In this document: in pieces, positions 9,279-17,463 of the stretch
Layout of the letters: each line of letters opens with the position of its first letter
Numbering within the stretch: the stretch's first letter is position 1
NCBI GenBank assembly: GCA_963601575.1
Contig: CAVCFO010000003.1
Location: 33,472 to 97,471, forward strand
Reading direction: 5' to 3'
Origin: a bacterium
GTDB taxonomy: Bacteria > Bacillota > Clostridia > Peptostreptococcales > Anaerovoracaceae
Length of the DNA: 64,000 nt
Translations under genes and position numbers: made by a program
The notes under the pieces: model-generated
What the model was told of the DNA's origin: nothing
Database searches by the model: none
The model's input: only the letters and a program-made list of their open reading frames with translations

Positions 9279-10315
9279 TCGGAAATGACCTCCTTATTTT
9301 TCTTCATTGCGCCAAGATAGCTAAATCCGCCCGCGATATCCTCGGCGGTTACGGATTGCAGAGAGTCAAGCTCGCATATTTTTATTTGGCTTTCTTCATA
9401 ATTCTTACCGGAATTTTTTTCGGAATTTTCTCTGGCGGCGCGGATAATGGTATCTGCGAGATTTGTGCTGCTATTTTTGAGAATAAGGATGTGCGAAAGG
9501 CCCTCCGAAGTCAAATCCTCCGCAAGGTCTATAATCGTCTCAAAACTCGCCTCTGTTTCCGCCGAACATCCCTCAAACGCCGCATGAACCTGTATGCCGT
9601 AATCTTGCGATAAGTAAAGGAACGGGAACCGGTCGGCAAGCAAAAGCTCATCTGCGGAAGCCCCATTTACCGCTTCTTCAAATTCCCCGTCAAGGGTGGC
9701 AAGCTGCTCTTGGTAGCCTGCCAGGTTTTGTCTGTATAAATCCTCGTTTGCGGGATCCAGCATGGAAACCGTCTCGGCAATTTTCTCGCAGAAAACAGAT
9801 GCCATCTTCAGGGAAAGCCAAATATGCTCGTCCGCCTCGTGTTCATGCTCCTGCTCGTGGCTATGCCCATGGTCGTGATCGTGATCGTGATCTTCCTGCT
9901 CGTATTCGGGGAAGAGGAGCGGATTTTCTGTGAAAAATTCCATCAGCGAGAGCGTGTCGAAACCGCCCCGCTCCGAAGAAGCTATAGCCTCATCTATCCA
10001 ATATTCCGAAATTCCTCCGGTATAGATCAAAAGGTCGCAGTTTGCAAGGCTTACCATATCCGAAACCGAAGGCTGGTAGCTATGCATATCAATGCCGCTT
10101 TCGTTGAGGAGACTTAGGGAAAGGCCGCCTGGATTTTCTCCGATGATATTCCTAGTCCAGTCATACTCTGCGAAGCCTGCGCAGAGAATAAGCCTAGAGC
10201 TCCCATCATTTGAAATTTTTATATCATTTTGACTGCTGCCCGCGCATCCTGTGGGCAGAATCAGCAGCGCGGCGATAGCTAGCATCGCCGCAAGTTTATA
10301 AATCCTTTTTTTCAT
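9266..10315 (-). CDS. znuA: zinc-type ABC substrate-binding lipoprotein with a His/Asp/Glu-rich loop
   Basis: Lipoprotein signal MKKRIYKLAAMLAIAALLILPTGC and a His-rich loop EQEDHDHDHDHGHSHEQEHEHEADEH typical of ZnuA/AdcA. The ATG at 10315 is preferred over the ORF-track start at 10345. Confidence 0.8.
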   Translation of the reverse strand: MKKRIYKLAAMLAIAALLILPTGCAGSSQNDIKISNDGSSRLILCAGFAEYDWTRNIIGENPGGLSLSLLNESGIDMHSYQPSVSDMVSLANCDLLIYTGGISEYWIDEAIASSERGGFDTLSLMEFFTENPLLFPEYEQEDHDHDHDHGHSHEQEHEHEADEHIWLSLKMASVFCEKIAETVSMLDPANEDLYRQNLAGYQEQLATLDGEFEEAVNGASADELLLADRFPFLYLSQDYGIQVHAAFEGCSAETEASFETIIDLAEDLTSEGLSHILILKNSSTNLADTIIRAARENSEKNSGKNYEESQIKICELDSLQSVTAEDIAGGFSYLGAMKKNKEVISECLN

Positions 10316-10326
10316 AGCAAACCTAT

Positions 10327-10375
10327 TGTAACATAAATTCATCAAAATGAAAATCTCATATGTAACATAAATTCA
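10327..10375 (-). repeat. two exact 15-bp direct repeats TGTAACATAAATTCA (10327-10341, 10361-10375; 34-bp period) in the znuA promoter region
   Basis: Read directly. On the coding (minus) strand each copy reads TGAATTTATGTTACA and contributes a TGnTACAAT/TGnTACATA extended -10-like element. Confidence 0.6.
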
Positions 10376-10411
10376 CAAAAAGCAAAGGCCGGAGAGAATC
10401 ATCCTCCGACC
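10376..10411 (-). terminator. intrinsic terminator of the transglutaminase-like gene
   Basis: Minus strand: GGTCGGAG-N9-CTCCGGCC (8-bp stem, one G-U) followed by TTTGCTTTTT. Confidence 0.6.
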
Positions 10412-10442
10412 TGCTTTATATGTTCCTTTGATCTTATATTAT

Positions 10443-12977
10443 CTACTTTGCAATTTTATAGGTCACATTCGAGTAGTCGGTATAGATCTTCTGACCGCCG
10501 ATCTCTCTATATGCTCTTACCTTGTAGTAGTAGCGGGTGCCCTTCTTTATGTTCGATGTATTCTTAAATTGCGTGCCCGAGCAATCGCTTAGAAGCTCGT
10601 AGCCTGAGCTCTTGGACTTGGATTTCCAAATCTCATATCCGTCGATCGGAATTTGCGATATATCAAGAGCAGCAGATGATGCGCTCCACGAAAGCTTCAT
10701 TGCGCCTTTCACCGCGGTAGAGCTTGCCTTGACGGAAATCTGAGCCATCTGTGCGGATGCTTCTTCGCGCTGGGCAATCATCGCTTCGTAATCAGCAAGA
10801 ACCTTAGCATATTCTTCGCTCCCCACCATCGACTTTGCGCTGCTGTTAAAGAGAGCAGACCAGGTTTGCCTTCCGATATTTCCGGTATTCGATATGCCGT
10901 GCATAACCTGGAACTTGATAACCGCTTCCTTAAGCTCATCCGTAAAGGATGTTTCCTCGCCGGCCTTTGTCTGCGTTTCTCCGAGATAGATATAGCTGTA
11001 ATCGCTGCCGGAAGAAGGATCGTAATATCCAAGCTCGCTTAGGCGTCTGGCCGCTGCCTGGATATAGGAAAGCTTACTGCTGCTCTGCTCGCCCGGCGCA
11101 AGGAAATACCTATAGCTGTCAGGATTCAGCACGAAGCTGATTCTGTAGCCGGAGGCCTTCGGAGTGAAGTGATATGTGGTCTTCGTCGAAAGCTTGTTTC
11201 CTGTTCCTGTGCTATAAACTCCGCCGAGCTTGTAGCCGATGTCAGCCTGCGAGTAAAGCGAGAAGCTGCTGTTTGTGTAGCGGGTGTCCAGGGTGAAGTA
11301 GAATGTCCCGTGGTCCTCTGCCGTAAATGTCCTGTTCGTGCCATTTACATAGATGGAAAGCGTCTTCATCGGGTTGTTCTGCGCCCTGACATAGCTAAGC
11401 TTGTAGCAATTCGAAAGATCCACACTCGTGAGCTTGTTATTCTGAAGGTAAACGCTCTTGAGAACAGGAGAGCTCGACAGGTTTGCCGTCTCGTACTTGT
11501 TATCGTGCGATGAGAGGAGGGTCATCTTCGTAAATCCGGGCAGGTTAAGTGCACCGGTAAAGCCCTTGCTACTCCACTGTATCTGCGTGGTCTTGCCGGA
11601 TCCGTTTGTCATAAAGTGAGACTTCGTGCCGTCTCCCCATGTTGATGTATCATAAGGCGAGTAGGTTGAGTCCATCTTCTGGCCGTTTGTAACGCCGGTA
11701 TTTCCGATCGTCTGAGCGAAGAACTCACGAAGAAGGTTCATCTCGTACTCGTCGTCGATATACTTGCCGTATCTATAGTCAGGATAGATATTCATATATA
11801 CATGGCTCGTGGCAACCTGTTCGTCCGAGGCATCAAAGTATGTATAGTTCGTAAGTCCCGTGTAGGTCCATACGCCGGTGGTCTTGTTATATTTGTTCGT
11901 CGTGCCCACGGTCGGGTCTACAAATATCCATCTTCCATTTATATAGGACTCTGTCCACCAGTGGTCGCGCACGTCGATATTATCCTCCGTCAGCCAGTCG
12001 TTTGACGGCACGGCAAGCCTGTGTCCGTAGACGAAACGGGTCGGAATGCCTTGAGCGCGGGCGAGGGCAAGATAGATCGCCGAGAAGCCCTGACATGTGG
12101 TATAGACGCTGCCGCTCACGCTGTTTGCGCTGCTGAGCCCGTTCTCGTAATTATATATATTATCGTAAGGATCCGCATATTGGTATGAATGGGTCTGAAA
12201 AGCCACCGAATCGTAGTAGAAATTCTTTGCGGTATATTCATATATTCTTTGCAGTTTTTCGTAGTCAGAAGTTGCCCCTTGGGTAATGCGATCTGAAATC
12301 GTCTTGATATAGCTGATCTTGCTCGAGGTCATCTCCGCATATATGTTGGTTGCGGGATTTCGCAGCACAAACCGGATGTCCTCTAGCGTATTGTCAAGAT
12401 ACTTGTCTATGCTATAGAGCGAGCCGATATTCTTTATGGACTGATTGTATTCTATGACATCCTTGTAGCGAAGGATCTTGACTTTGCCACCTGTCACCTT
12501 GATCTCCATATTCTTATAGAGAACGCCGCTGGATTTGTAATCCTTCGCCTGGGCATCGGCTTCGGTGGCGCATCTTCTCAGATAAAGATTATAATAACCG
12601 TTTGGAACATCGAAGCGCTCCATGTCAAGATAATAGGTGAAGCCGTATAGCGTCGTGCCGTCTTGGGCATAGCTTTGAACCGCGTCCACGAAAATATCAA
12701 GGTCGATATCGCCCTTGTTTTCGCCCACGCGATAGAGAGAAATCCTAAATAGAGTGGTTTGAAGAGGTGTTTTGTAATTTACCTTCAGAACCGTATCATC
12801 TGTGACATAGGCTCTGACATATTCCTTTTCGAAATTCCCGGTAGACTTGAAGGTGGTAACCTGTGCAGGCGTGTTTACCTTGGAAAGCGCCGCAAAGGCG
12901 AAGTCCGCCGGAACCGCCGCAATCATAAGCGCTACGGCAAGCGCAGTAGAAATAAATCTCAAAATCCTTTTCTTCAT
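10443..12977 (-). CDS. secreted multidomain protein: transglutaminase-like Cys protease core + LRR-like segment + PG_binding_1-like + C-terminal FN3-like domain
   Basis: Signal peptide; Cys-His-Asp core (TTCQGFSAIYLALARAQGIPTRFVYGH ... DHWWTESYINGRWIFVDPT); LRR-like LQNNKLTSVDLSNCYKLSYVRAQNN; peptidoglycan-binding-like AVIKFQVMHGISNTGNIGRQTWSALF; FN3-like tail (DGYEIWKS...YYYKVRAY). Confidence 0.75.
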   Translation of the reverse strand: MKKRILRFISTALAVALMIAAVPADFAFAALSKVNTPAQVTTFKSTGNFEKEYVRAYVTDDTVLKVNYKTPLQTTLFRISLYRVGENKGDIDLDIFVDAVQSYAQDGTTLYGFTYYLDMERFDVPNGYYNLYLRRCATEADAQAKDYKSSGVLYKNMEIKVTGGKVKILRYKDVIEYNQSIKNIGSLYSIDKYLDNTLEDIRFVLRNPATNIYAEMTSSKISYIKTISDRITQGATSDYEKLQRIYEYTAKNFYYDSVAFQTHSYQYADPYDNIYNYENGLSSANSVSGSVYTTCQGFSAIYLALARAQGIPTRFVYGHRLAVPSNDWLTEDNIDVRDHWWTESYINGRWIFVDPTVGTTNKYNKTTGVWTYTGLTNYTYFDASDEQVATSHVYMNIYPDYRYGKYIDDEYEMNLLREFFAQTIGNTGVTNGQKMDSTYSPYDTSTWGDGTKSHFMTNGSGKTTQIQWSSKGFTGALNLPGFTKMTLLSSHDNKYETANLSSSPVLKSVYLQNNKLTSVDLSNCYKLSYVRAQNNPMKTLSIYVNGTNRTFTAEDHGTFYFTLDTRYTNSSFSLYSQADIGYKLGGVYSTGTGNKLSTKTTYHFTPKASGYRISFVLNPDSYRYFLAPGEQSSSKLSYIQAAARRLSELGYYDPSSGSDYSYIYLGETQTKAGEETSFTDELKEAVIKFQVMHGISNTGNIGRQTWSALFNSSAKSMVGSEEYAKVLADYEAMIAQREEASAQMAQISVKASSTAVKGAMKLSWSASSAALDISQIPIDGYEIWKSKSKSSGYELLSDCSGTQFKNTSNIKKGTRYYYKVRAYREIGGQKIYTDYSNVTYKIAK

Positions 12978-13038
12978 ATTATAACTTGTACTCCTATTGA
13001 TAAATTATTTTGCCAAGAAAACTCGCTCCCCTCTAAAC

Positions 13039-13067
13039 AGTATACTGGATAATATATTTTATTTCAA
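13039..13067 (-). promoter_or_regulatory. sigma-A-type promoter for the transglutaminase-like gene
   Basis: Minus strand TTGAAA-17 nt-TATACT, about 60 nt upstream of ATG 12977. Confidence 0.45.
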
Positions 13068-13105
13068 GCCCCTGCAGGAGAGAAATTTTCTTTTGGCATA
13101 ATAGG

Positions 13106-13141
13106 GCAGGCGGCTTCGAAATAGAGGCCGCCTGCATTTTT
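13106..13141. terminator. GC-rich hairpin between the ABC-module operon and the transglutaminase-like gene
   Basis: GCAGGCGGC-N12-GCCGCCTGC (9-bp perfect stem). The T-run (ATTTTTAT) is on the plus side only, so its function as a minus-strand terminator is uncertain. Confidence 0.4.
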
Positions 13142-13181
13142 ATCGATTAAAAATTAGTCTGAGAACATTTTTAATATCGTC

Positions 13182-15080
13182 TTATTCTTGATATTCTATT
13201 CCAATTTCTTTCAGAACCGCAAGAGTATTTTCGTCCTCTTTCGTAACGTCAAAGGCGATGGTAAGGGTATCGGACTGCTGCGCCCGTATCCCGCGCAAGC
13301 TTTTGGCATCCGAGACAGGAGTTTTCAAATTGACGCAGACCGACACGCCGAAAAGCTCGTGAGAAGTCCTGCTATCGAGAAGCTCGCACATATCGTAGAA
13401 GCTCATCTTCTTGAAATCCTCGTCCCTTGCCGTCACGATCTTTTCCACATCTTCGCGGTTGATGGAAATTTTCTTCTGATCATTCTCGTCCTCGTAGTAA
13501 TCCGCGCTCAGAGAATAAGTCTCGGCAGTTGCGCTCTCAAATCCCGAAAGATTTATTTTGTCCGCGCCTGTAAAATAGGATTTCCAGTCCTCCGAGGCGA
13601 CAACTCTGTTGATCAGCGCCTTGCTTTCTTCATCCAAATTGAAATAATATTCGCGCCTAAAATTCGAGCCGTTCTTCATCTTGTACTCAAAAGTCACGCT
13701 CTCCCGAATAGGCTCCGGCTCATCAGATGAGGAATCCTCTATGGTAGTTTGAAGCGAAGTGAAAATGTCATTTTCCACGATATATTTTTCAAGTTCATAC
13801 ATGGCAGAAATTACCTCAGGGTCCGTTGAAATTACAGGACTTTGCCTGAGGTCGTATCCGCCTCCGCTGTACATATATGTCGATGAGGTGGCATACCAAA
13901 AGGTCGAATTGCTGAGAGTCACCGACTCGATCCTGTCCTCCTCCGGCAGTCTCTTTGAGAATCCGCTAAGGTCAAAAACCGTAAAGGCTGTAAACAGCGC
14001 TGCGATAAGGAGGTAAAGGCACAGCGAAATCAGATTTTGCCGGCTAAAAACCTTGATCGACTTTGCGATAACGATTTTGACAATCAGGAATGTCACAAGA
14101 GCACCAACCGCCATTCCCAGGATCAGCATGGATTTCTTGCTGTCCGTGATACCATAAAGTATCCAGCCGAAAGCGGTCATTCCGACGAAAGTTATGAGAT
14201 AGGTGATGATTTCCTCGGTAAGCCTGAAAATCATCGAATCTCCTACCTTTTCAAGCCTTGCTCTGCCGTATGCAAACCGAGCCAAAATCAGCAATACAAT
14301 CGCCGCGGCAAGGTATTTCATCTCAAGGGCGATCCCCGCACCCTCGTTCCAATAGGAGAGCTTGCGGATAATCGGATTCGCTTCTAACATCAAATTCTGC
14401 ATAAAGTCGCCCATGCCCACATATCCAAGCAGGAAAGCAGCGCAGAACTCATTTATAATGAACAGTGTTGCCGGCACTATCATGAAGAATACGCCGGAAA
14501 TCAAAAGCTGCATAACCCCTGTTCCCACCAGGGAGCCTGCAAATACGAACATTCCATAGAAAAATGTCACAATTACAACGGAATCTCCCAGCCAGCCAAG
14601 CACGGCTTTTGCGGTGTAGACATTTTCCACGGCAAGACTGTAATCGCTTACCCTATATAATGAAGAACTTGTATCCGGCTGCACGTCTTTCATCAGCAAA
14701 AGATAAAGCACGCACATCACAAGTAGCGGAAGCACGCACATCAGCCAGCCCGTAAGAATCTGCGTATTAAACAGCCGTGACTTGCTATAAGGCTGCGAAT
14801 GCAAGGCAAAGGCACGATTCTGCTTGTGGACAAAGCTCATCATTACGCAGGCAGAAACCAGCGGCACGAAGATAAGCAGCGGCACAAACACCCAGCTGAG
14901 ATTCTGAAAATTGTTCGAAATCGTCGAGCTTATCTTGTACAGATTATCATAATCCACTATAATCGGAAAAATCCCGCCGAAAAAGTACAGCACCAGCGAA
15001 AGCACCGGAATGTACCAATACATTCTGAAATTTTCTATTATAAGGGCAGGCGAAAGCGCAAACAGATTTTTATTTTTCAT
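13182..15080 (-). CDS. polytopic membrane protein, presumed permease partner of the adjacent ABC ATPase, with a roughly 250-aa C-terminal soluble/extracytoplasmic domain
   Basis: 632 aa. About 10 predicted TM helices in the first ~370 aa are followed by an acidic soluble domain. The start overlaps the stop of the ABC ATPase gene (operon). Confidence 0.65.
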   Translation of the reverse strand: MKNKNLFALSPALIIENFRMYWYIPVLSLVLYFFGGIFPIIVDYDNLYKISSTISNNFQNLSWVFVPLLIFVPLVSACVMMSFVHKQNRAFALHSQPYSKSRLFNTQILTGWLMCVLPLLVMCVLYLLLMKDVQPDTSSSLYRVSDYSLAVENVYTAKAVLGWLGDSVVIVTFFYGMFVFAGSLVGTGVMQLLISGVFFMIVPATLFIINEFCAAFLLGYVGMGDFMQNLMLEANPIIRKLSYWNEGAGIALEMKYLAAAIVLLILARFAYGRARLEKVGDSMIFRLTEEIITYLITFVGMTAFGWILYGITDSKKSMLILGMAVGALVTFLIVKIVIAKSIKVFSRQNLISLCLYLLIAALFTAFTVFDLSGFSKRLPEEDRIESVTLSNSTFWYATSSTYMYSGGGYDLRQSPVISTDPEVISAMYELEKYIVENDIFTSLQTTIEDSSSDEPEPIRESVTFEYKMKNGSNFRREYYFNLDEESKALINRVVASEDWKSYFTGADKINLSGFESATAETYSLSADYYEDENDQKKISINREDVEKIVTARDEDFKKMSFYDMCELLDSRTSHELFGVSVCVNLKTPVSDAKSLRGIRAQQSDTLTIAFDVTKEDENTLAVLKEIGIEYQE

Positions 15081-15774
15081 GGCTCACACCTCCCAGCTTT
15101 TCGATAAATATTTCCTCGATGGAAACCGGCATAAGCTCCAGAAGATCTCCCTCGAAAATCATCTTGCCCCCGGCGATGATGCCGATGTAGTTGCAAATGT
15201 CCTCCATTTCCTTTGCGTTGTGGGAGGAAACCAGCACGGTCATCTGTCTGTCGGCAACATCGTCCATGATGTAGTGCCTGAGCTTGTGGCGAACGATAGG
15301 ATCAAGCCCGTCCACAGGCTCGTCGAGTATAAGGTAGTCCGGCATAGTCGCCATGGCAAGGCAAAATGCCGCTTGCTTTTTCATCCCCTTTGAAAACTTC
15401 GCAAGATTTGCCTTAGCGTTCAGTCCGAAATCCCGGGTCATTTCCCGGAACCTATCCTCATTCCAGCTTGGATAGATCCGCTTATAATATTTCCCCATTT
15501 CCATAAGCGAATATCCTCGGAAAAAGAATAGTTCGTCGGGAATTACAGCGGTTCTGCTCTTAACATTTTCGTTGCTGAGAACTTCTTCGCCGTCTATCGT
15601 AACCAGTCCCTCATCCTGCGAAAGATACCCCGCAAGGTGCTTGATGATGGTGGTCTTTCCCGCGCCGTTAAGTCCCATCAGTCCGTAAACCGAACCCTTT
15701 GGCACCGTCAGGCTAAAGTCGTCAAGCGCTACATAATCCCCAAAGCGCTTTGTGACATTCTGAAGTTTAATCAT
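15070..15774 (-). CDS. ABC transporter ATP-binding protein (ABC-2/YtrB-like)
   Basis: Walker A GLNGAGKTT, signature FSKGMKKQ and Walker B LILDEPVDGLD. It overlaps both neighbouring genes. Confidence 0.85.
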   Translation of the reverse strand: MIKLQNVTKRFGDYVALDDFSLTVPKGSVYGLMGLNGAGKTTIIKHLAGYLSQDEGLVTIDGEEVLSNENVKSRTAVIPDELFFFRGYSLMEMGKYYKRIYPSWNEDRFREMTRDFGLNAKANLAKFSKGMKKQAAFCLAMATMPDYLILDEPVDGLDPIVRHKLRHYIMDDVADRQMTVLVSSHNAKEMEDICNYIGIIAGGKMIFEGDLLELMPVSIEEIFIEKLGGVSHEK

Positions 15775-16153
15775 TTGCCGGCCTCCTTTCTTCTATAATG
15801 TTCAAAGCCATGTTCTTTGCCTCTTCAAAACTAAGCCCCAAGAAGAGTAACTGACGGAAAGCATCGTCAAACTTGGCTTTCGCAAGTTCCAGCGCTTTCA
15901 TATCCGGACGAACTCCGCCGATGTCTGCCACAAAGGTCCCCACTCCGTTTGTGGTATAAACATATCCTTGCCTTTCAAGCTCTCGATACGCTTTTTGGAC
16001 GGTGTTCGGATTGACTGTTATGGTCTTTGAAAGCTCCCTGACCGAGGGTAGCTTTTCGTCTGTAGCCAGCGCCTGAGTCATTATAAGCTCTTTCAGATTG
16101 TCAATCACTTGCTCGTAGATGGATTTTCGGCTTTTCAAGTCAAGCTGAAACAT
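15767..16153 (-). CDS. GntR-family transcriptional regulator, short YtrA-like subfamily
   Basis: wHTH KLPSVRELSKTITVNPNTVQKAYRELERQGYV with a short C-terminal tail. ATG 16153 is preceded by AGGAAAGGAG; the ORF-track start at 16222 has no RBS. Confidence 0.85.
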   Translation of the reverse strand: MFQLDLKSRKSIYEQVIDNLKELIMTQALATDEKLPSVRELSKTITVNPNTVQKAYRELERQGYVYTTNGVGTFVADIGGVRPDMKALELAKAKFDDAFRQLLFLGLSFEEAKNMALNIIEERRPAND

Positions 16154-16205
16154 ACACGAAACTCCTTTCCTGCAATATTTATAAGTAAATCCCTTTTGCA
16201 ACCTA

Positions 16206-16235
16206 AGTGTACCACAACGCATAGTACACTGTCAA
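16206..16235 (-). promoter_or_regulatory. promoter of the GntR-ABC operon with an embedded inverted repeat (candidate auto-operator)
   Basis: Minus strand TTGACA-18 nt-TACACT. The spacer and -10 contain GTGTAC-N11-GTACAC (16207-16229). Confidence 0.5.
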
Positions 16236-16314
16236 CATATTTTATGATTTAATAACGAGAACTGTTTGCCTTCGCAGCGCGGGCGGCGCGCAGGGCAATT
16301 TTTCCCTGATGCTT

Positions 16315-16608
16315 TTATCGATTTTCCGGCAGGCGGCTCCTGGCAGGCTGCTGCTCTTTTGATGAGGCGGAGGCGGACGCTTCGAACTTCGCAGATCTCA
16401 AATATGGCTCTCTGCAGTCCGTAAGGTCAAGCAAATAGTCGGTCGAAACACTATAAAATTTCGCAAGATCGATCAAGATCTGTGTCGGAATATCCAGATC
16501 TCCGCATTCGTAGTTGCTATACACACGCTGCGAGCAATGCAAGATCAATCCCATCTCACGCTGCGACAAATCGCGATCCTCGCGCAAATCTCTGATTCTT
16601 TTATACAT
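16315..16608 (-). CDS. XRE-family helix-turn-helix transcriptional regulator (stand-alone)
   Basis: HTH_3 pattern IRDLREDRDLSQREMGLILHCSQRVYSNYECGDLDIPTQILIDLAKFYSVSTDYLL with a low-complexity C-terminal tail. Confidence 0.8.
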   Translation of the reverse strand: MYKRIRDLREDRDLSQREMGLILHCSQRVYSNYECGDLDIPTQILIDLAKFYSVSTDYLLDLTDCREPYLRSAKFEASASASSKEQQPARSRLPENR

Positions 16609-16712
16609 AGTATCGGATTTTCTCCTTTCTTTCTAAAATTTCCTGCGTGAAAGCGCATTATTTTGAATATATTTTTCAAAATTCTATCACGGCGAAAAGC
16701 GCCAAAGCTCTA

Positions 16713-16731
16713 TTAGCGGAAAATCCGCTAA
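16713..16731. promoter_or_regulatory. perfect 19-bp palindrome TTAGCGGA-AAA-TCCGCTAA upstream of the XRE gene
   Basis: Read directly, about 105 bp upstream of the XRE start codon (16608). It has the geometry of an HTH-dimer operator. Confidence 0.45.
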
Positions 16732-16763
16732 CGCGTGTCGAGAAGATTCATGACCTCGCCTCA

Positions 16764-16810
16764 GCAAAAAGACTTTCAGGCAAAAGGCTTTCAAGCAAAA
16801 AAGCTTGACA
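16764..16810 (+). repeat. three tandem 15-16-bp units GCAAAA(A)G(A/G)CTTTCA(G/A), the last merging into the -35 TTGACA
   Basis: GCAAAAAGACTTTCAG / GCAAAAGGCTTTCAA / GCAAAAAAGCTTGACA, read directly. Confidence 0.6.
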
Positions 16811-16833
16811 GTAATCCAAAACTATGTTATAGT
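16805..16833 (+). promoter_or_regulatory. sigma-A promoter of the ylxM-ffh-rpsP operon
   Basis: TTGACA-17 nt-TATAGT, about 90 nt upstream of the ylxM ATG. Confidence 0.6.
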
Positions 16834-16922
16834 AGGCAAGGTGTCAAGCTGTGGGCTTGACGCAGCGCACAGCTAAAACAACAAGATAGCCCAAAATCGA
16901 AGCAAGAGGAGGCGGGGCTCTT

Positions 16923-17381
16923 ATGAAAATCGAAAGTATTGCACAGAACAGCCTCCTATACGATTTTTACGGACAGCTCCTAAGCAAGCGGCAGCAGGAG
17001 GTAATGGCACTGTATCACGAAGAAAATTTTTCCCTTTCGGAGATCGCCGAGGAGTTTGGAATTTCAAGGCAAGCGGTGCATGACACGCTAAAGAAGGCGG
17101 AGCTTGCGCTGAACGAGTACGAGAAGAAGCTCGGACTGGTGGAGCGGTTTATGCGCTCCAAGGAGGCAGTGTCCGACATAGACGAGAGAATTGACAGCTT
17201 GATATTTGATTTGACCTGCGGCGCAAGATGGAATCGACCCGAGGGGAACTACTTGGCAGAAAATTGCGCCGGAGAAAGGCCCCAAAAGGGCAAGAACGGC
17301 GAAGGCGGCGATAAGAACAGAAATGACGAAATCGTCGCAAGGCTAACAGAAATTAAGACTATAATCAACGGTTTGGAATAG
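16923..17381 (+). CDS. ylxM: YlxM/p13-like putative DNA-binding protein, upstream partner of ffh
   Basis: LYDFYGQLLSKRQQEVMALYHEENFSLSEIAEEFGISRQAVHDTLKKAE (sigma-70 region-4-like HTH), conserved immediately upstream of ffh. At 152 aa it is longer than the usual ~110 aa. Confidence 0.85.
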   Translation: MKIESIAQNSLLYDFYGQLLSKRQQEVMALYHEENFSLSEIAEEFGISRQAVHDTLKKAELALNEYEKKLGLVERFMRSKEAVSDIDERIDSLIFDLTCGARWNRPEGNYLAENCAGERPQKGKNGEGGDKNRNDEIVARLTEIKTIINGLE

Positions 17382-17463
17382 ACAAAACAAAACAAAACAA
17401 TAGAAACACATAGCAAGCACAAAGCCGCAAATTCTGCGGGCTTAGTAGACTTGAGGAGATAAA

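Noticed and set aside
16751-16861. 36-aa plus-strand ORF (MTSPQQKDFQAKGFQAKKLDSNPKLCYSRQGVKLWA) in the XRE/ylxM intergenic region
   Set aside because: There is no convincing RBS. It runs straight through the tandem repeats and the -35/-10 of the ylxM-ffh promoter, so the promoter interpretation is preferred.
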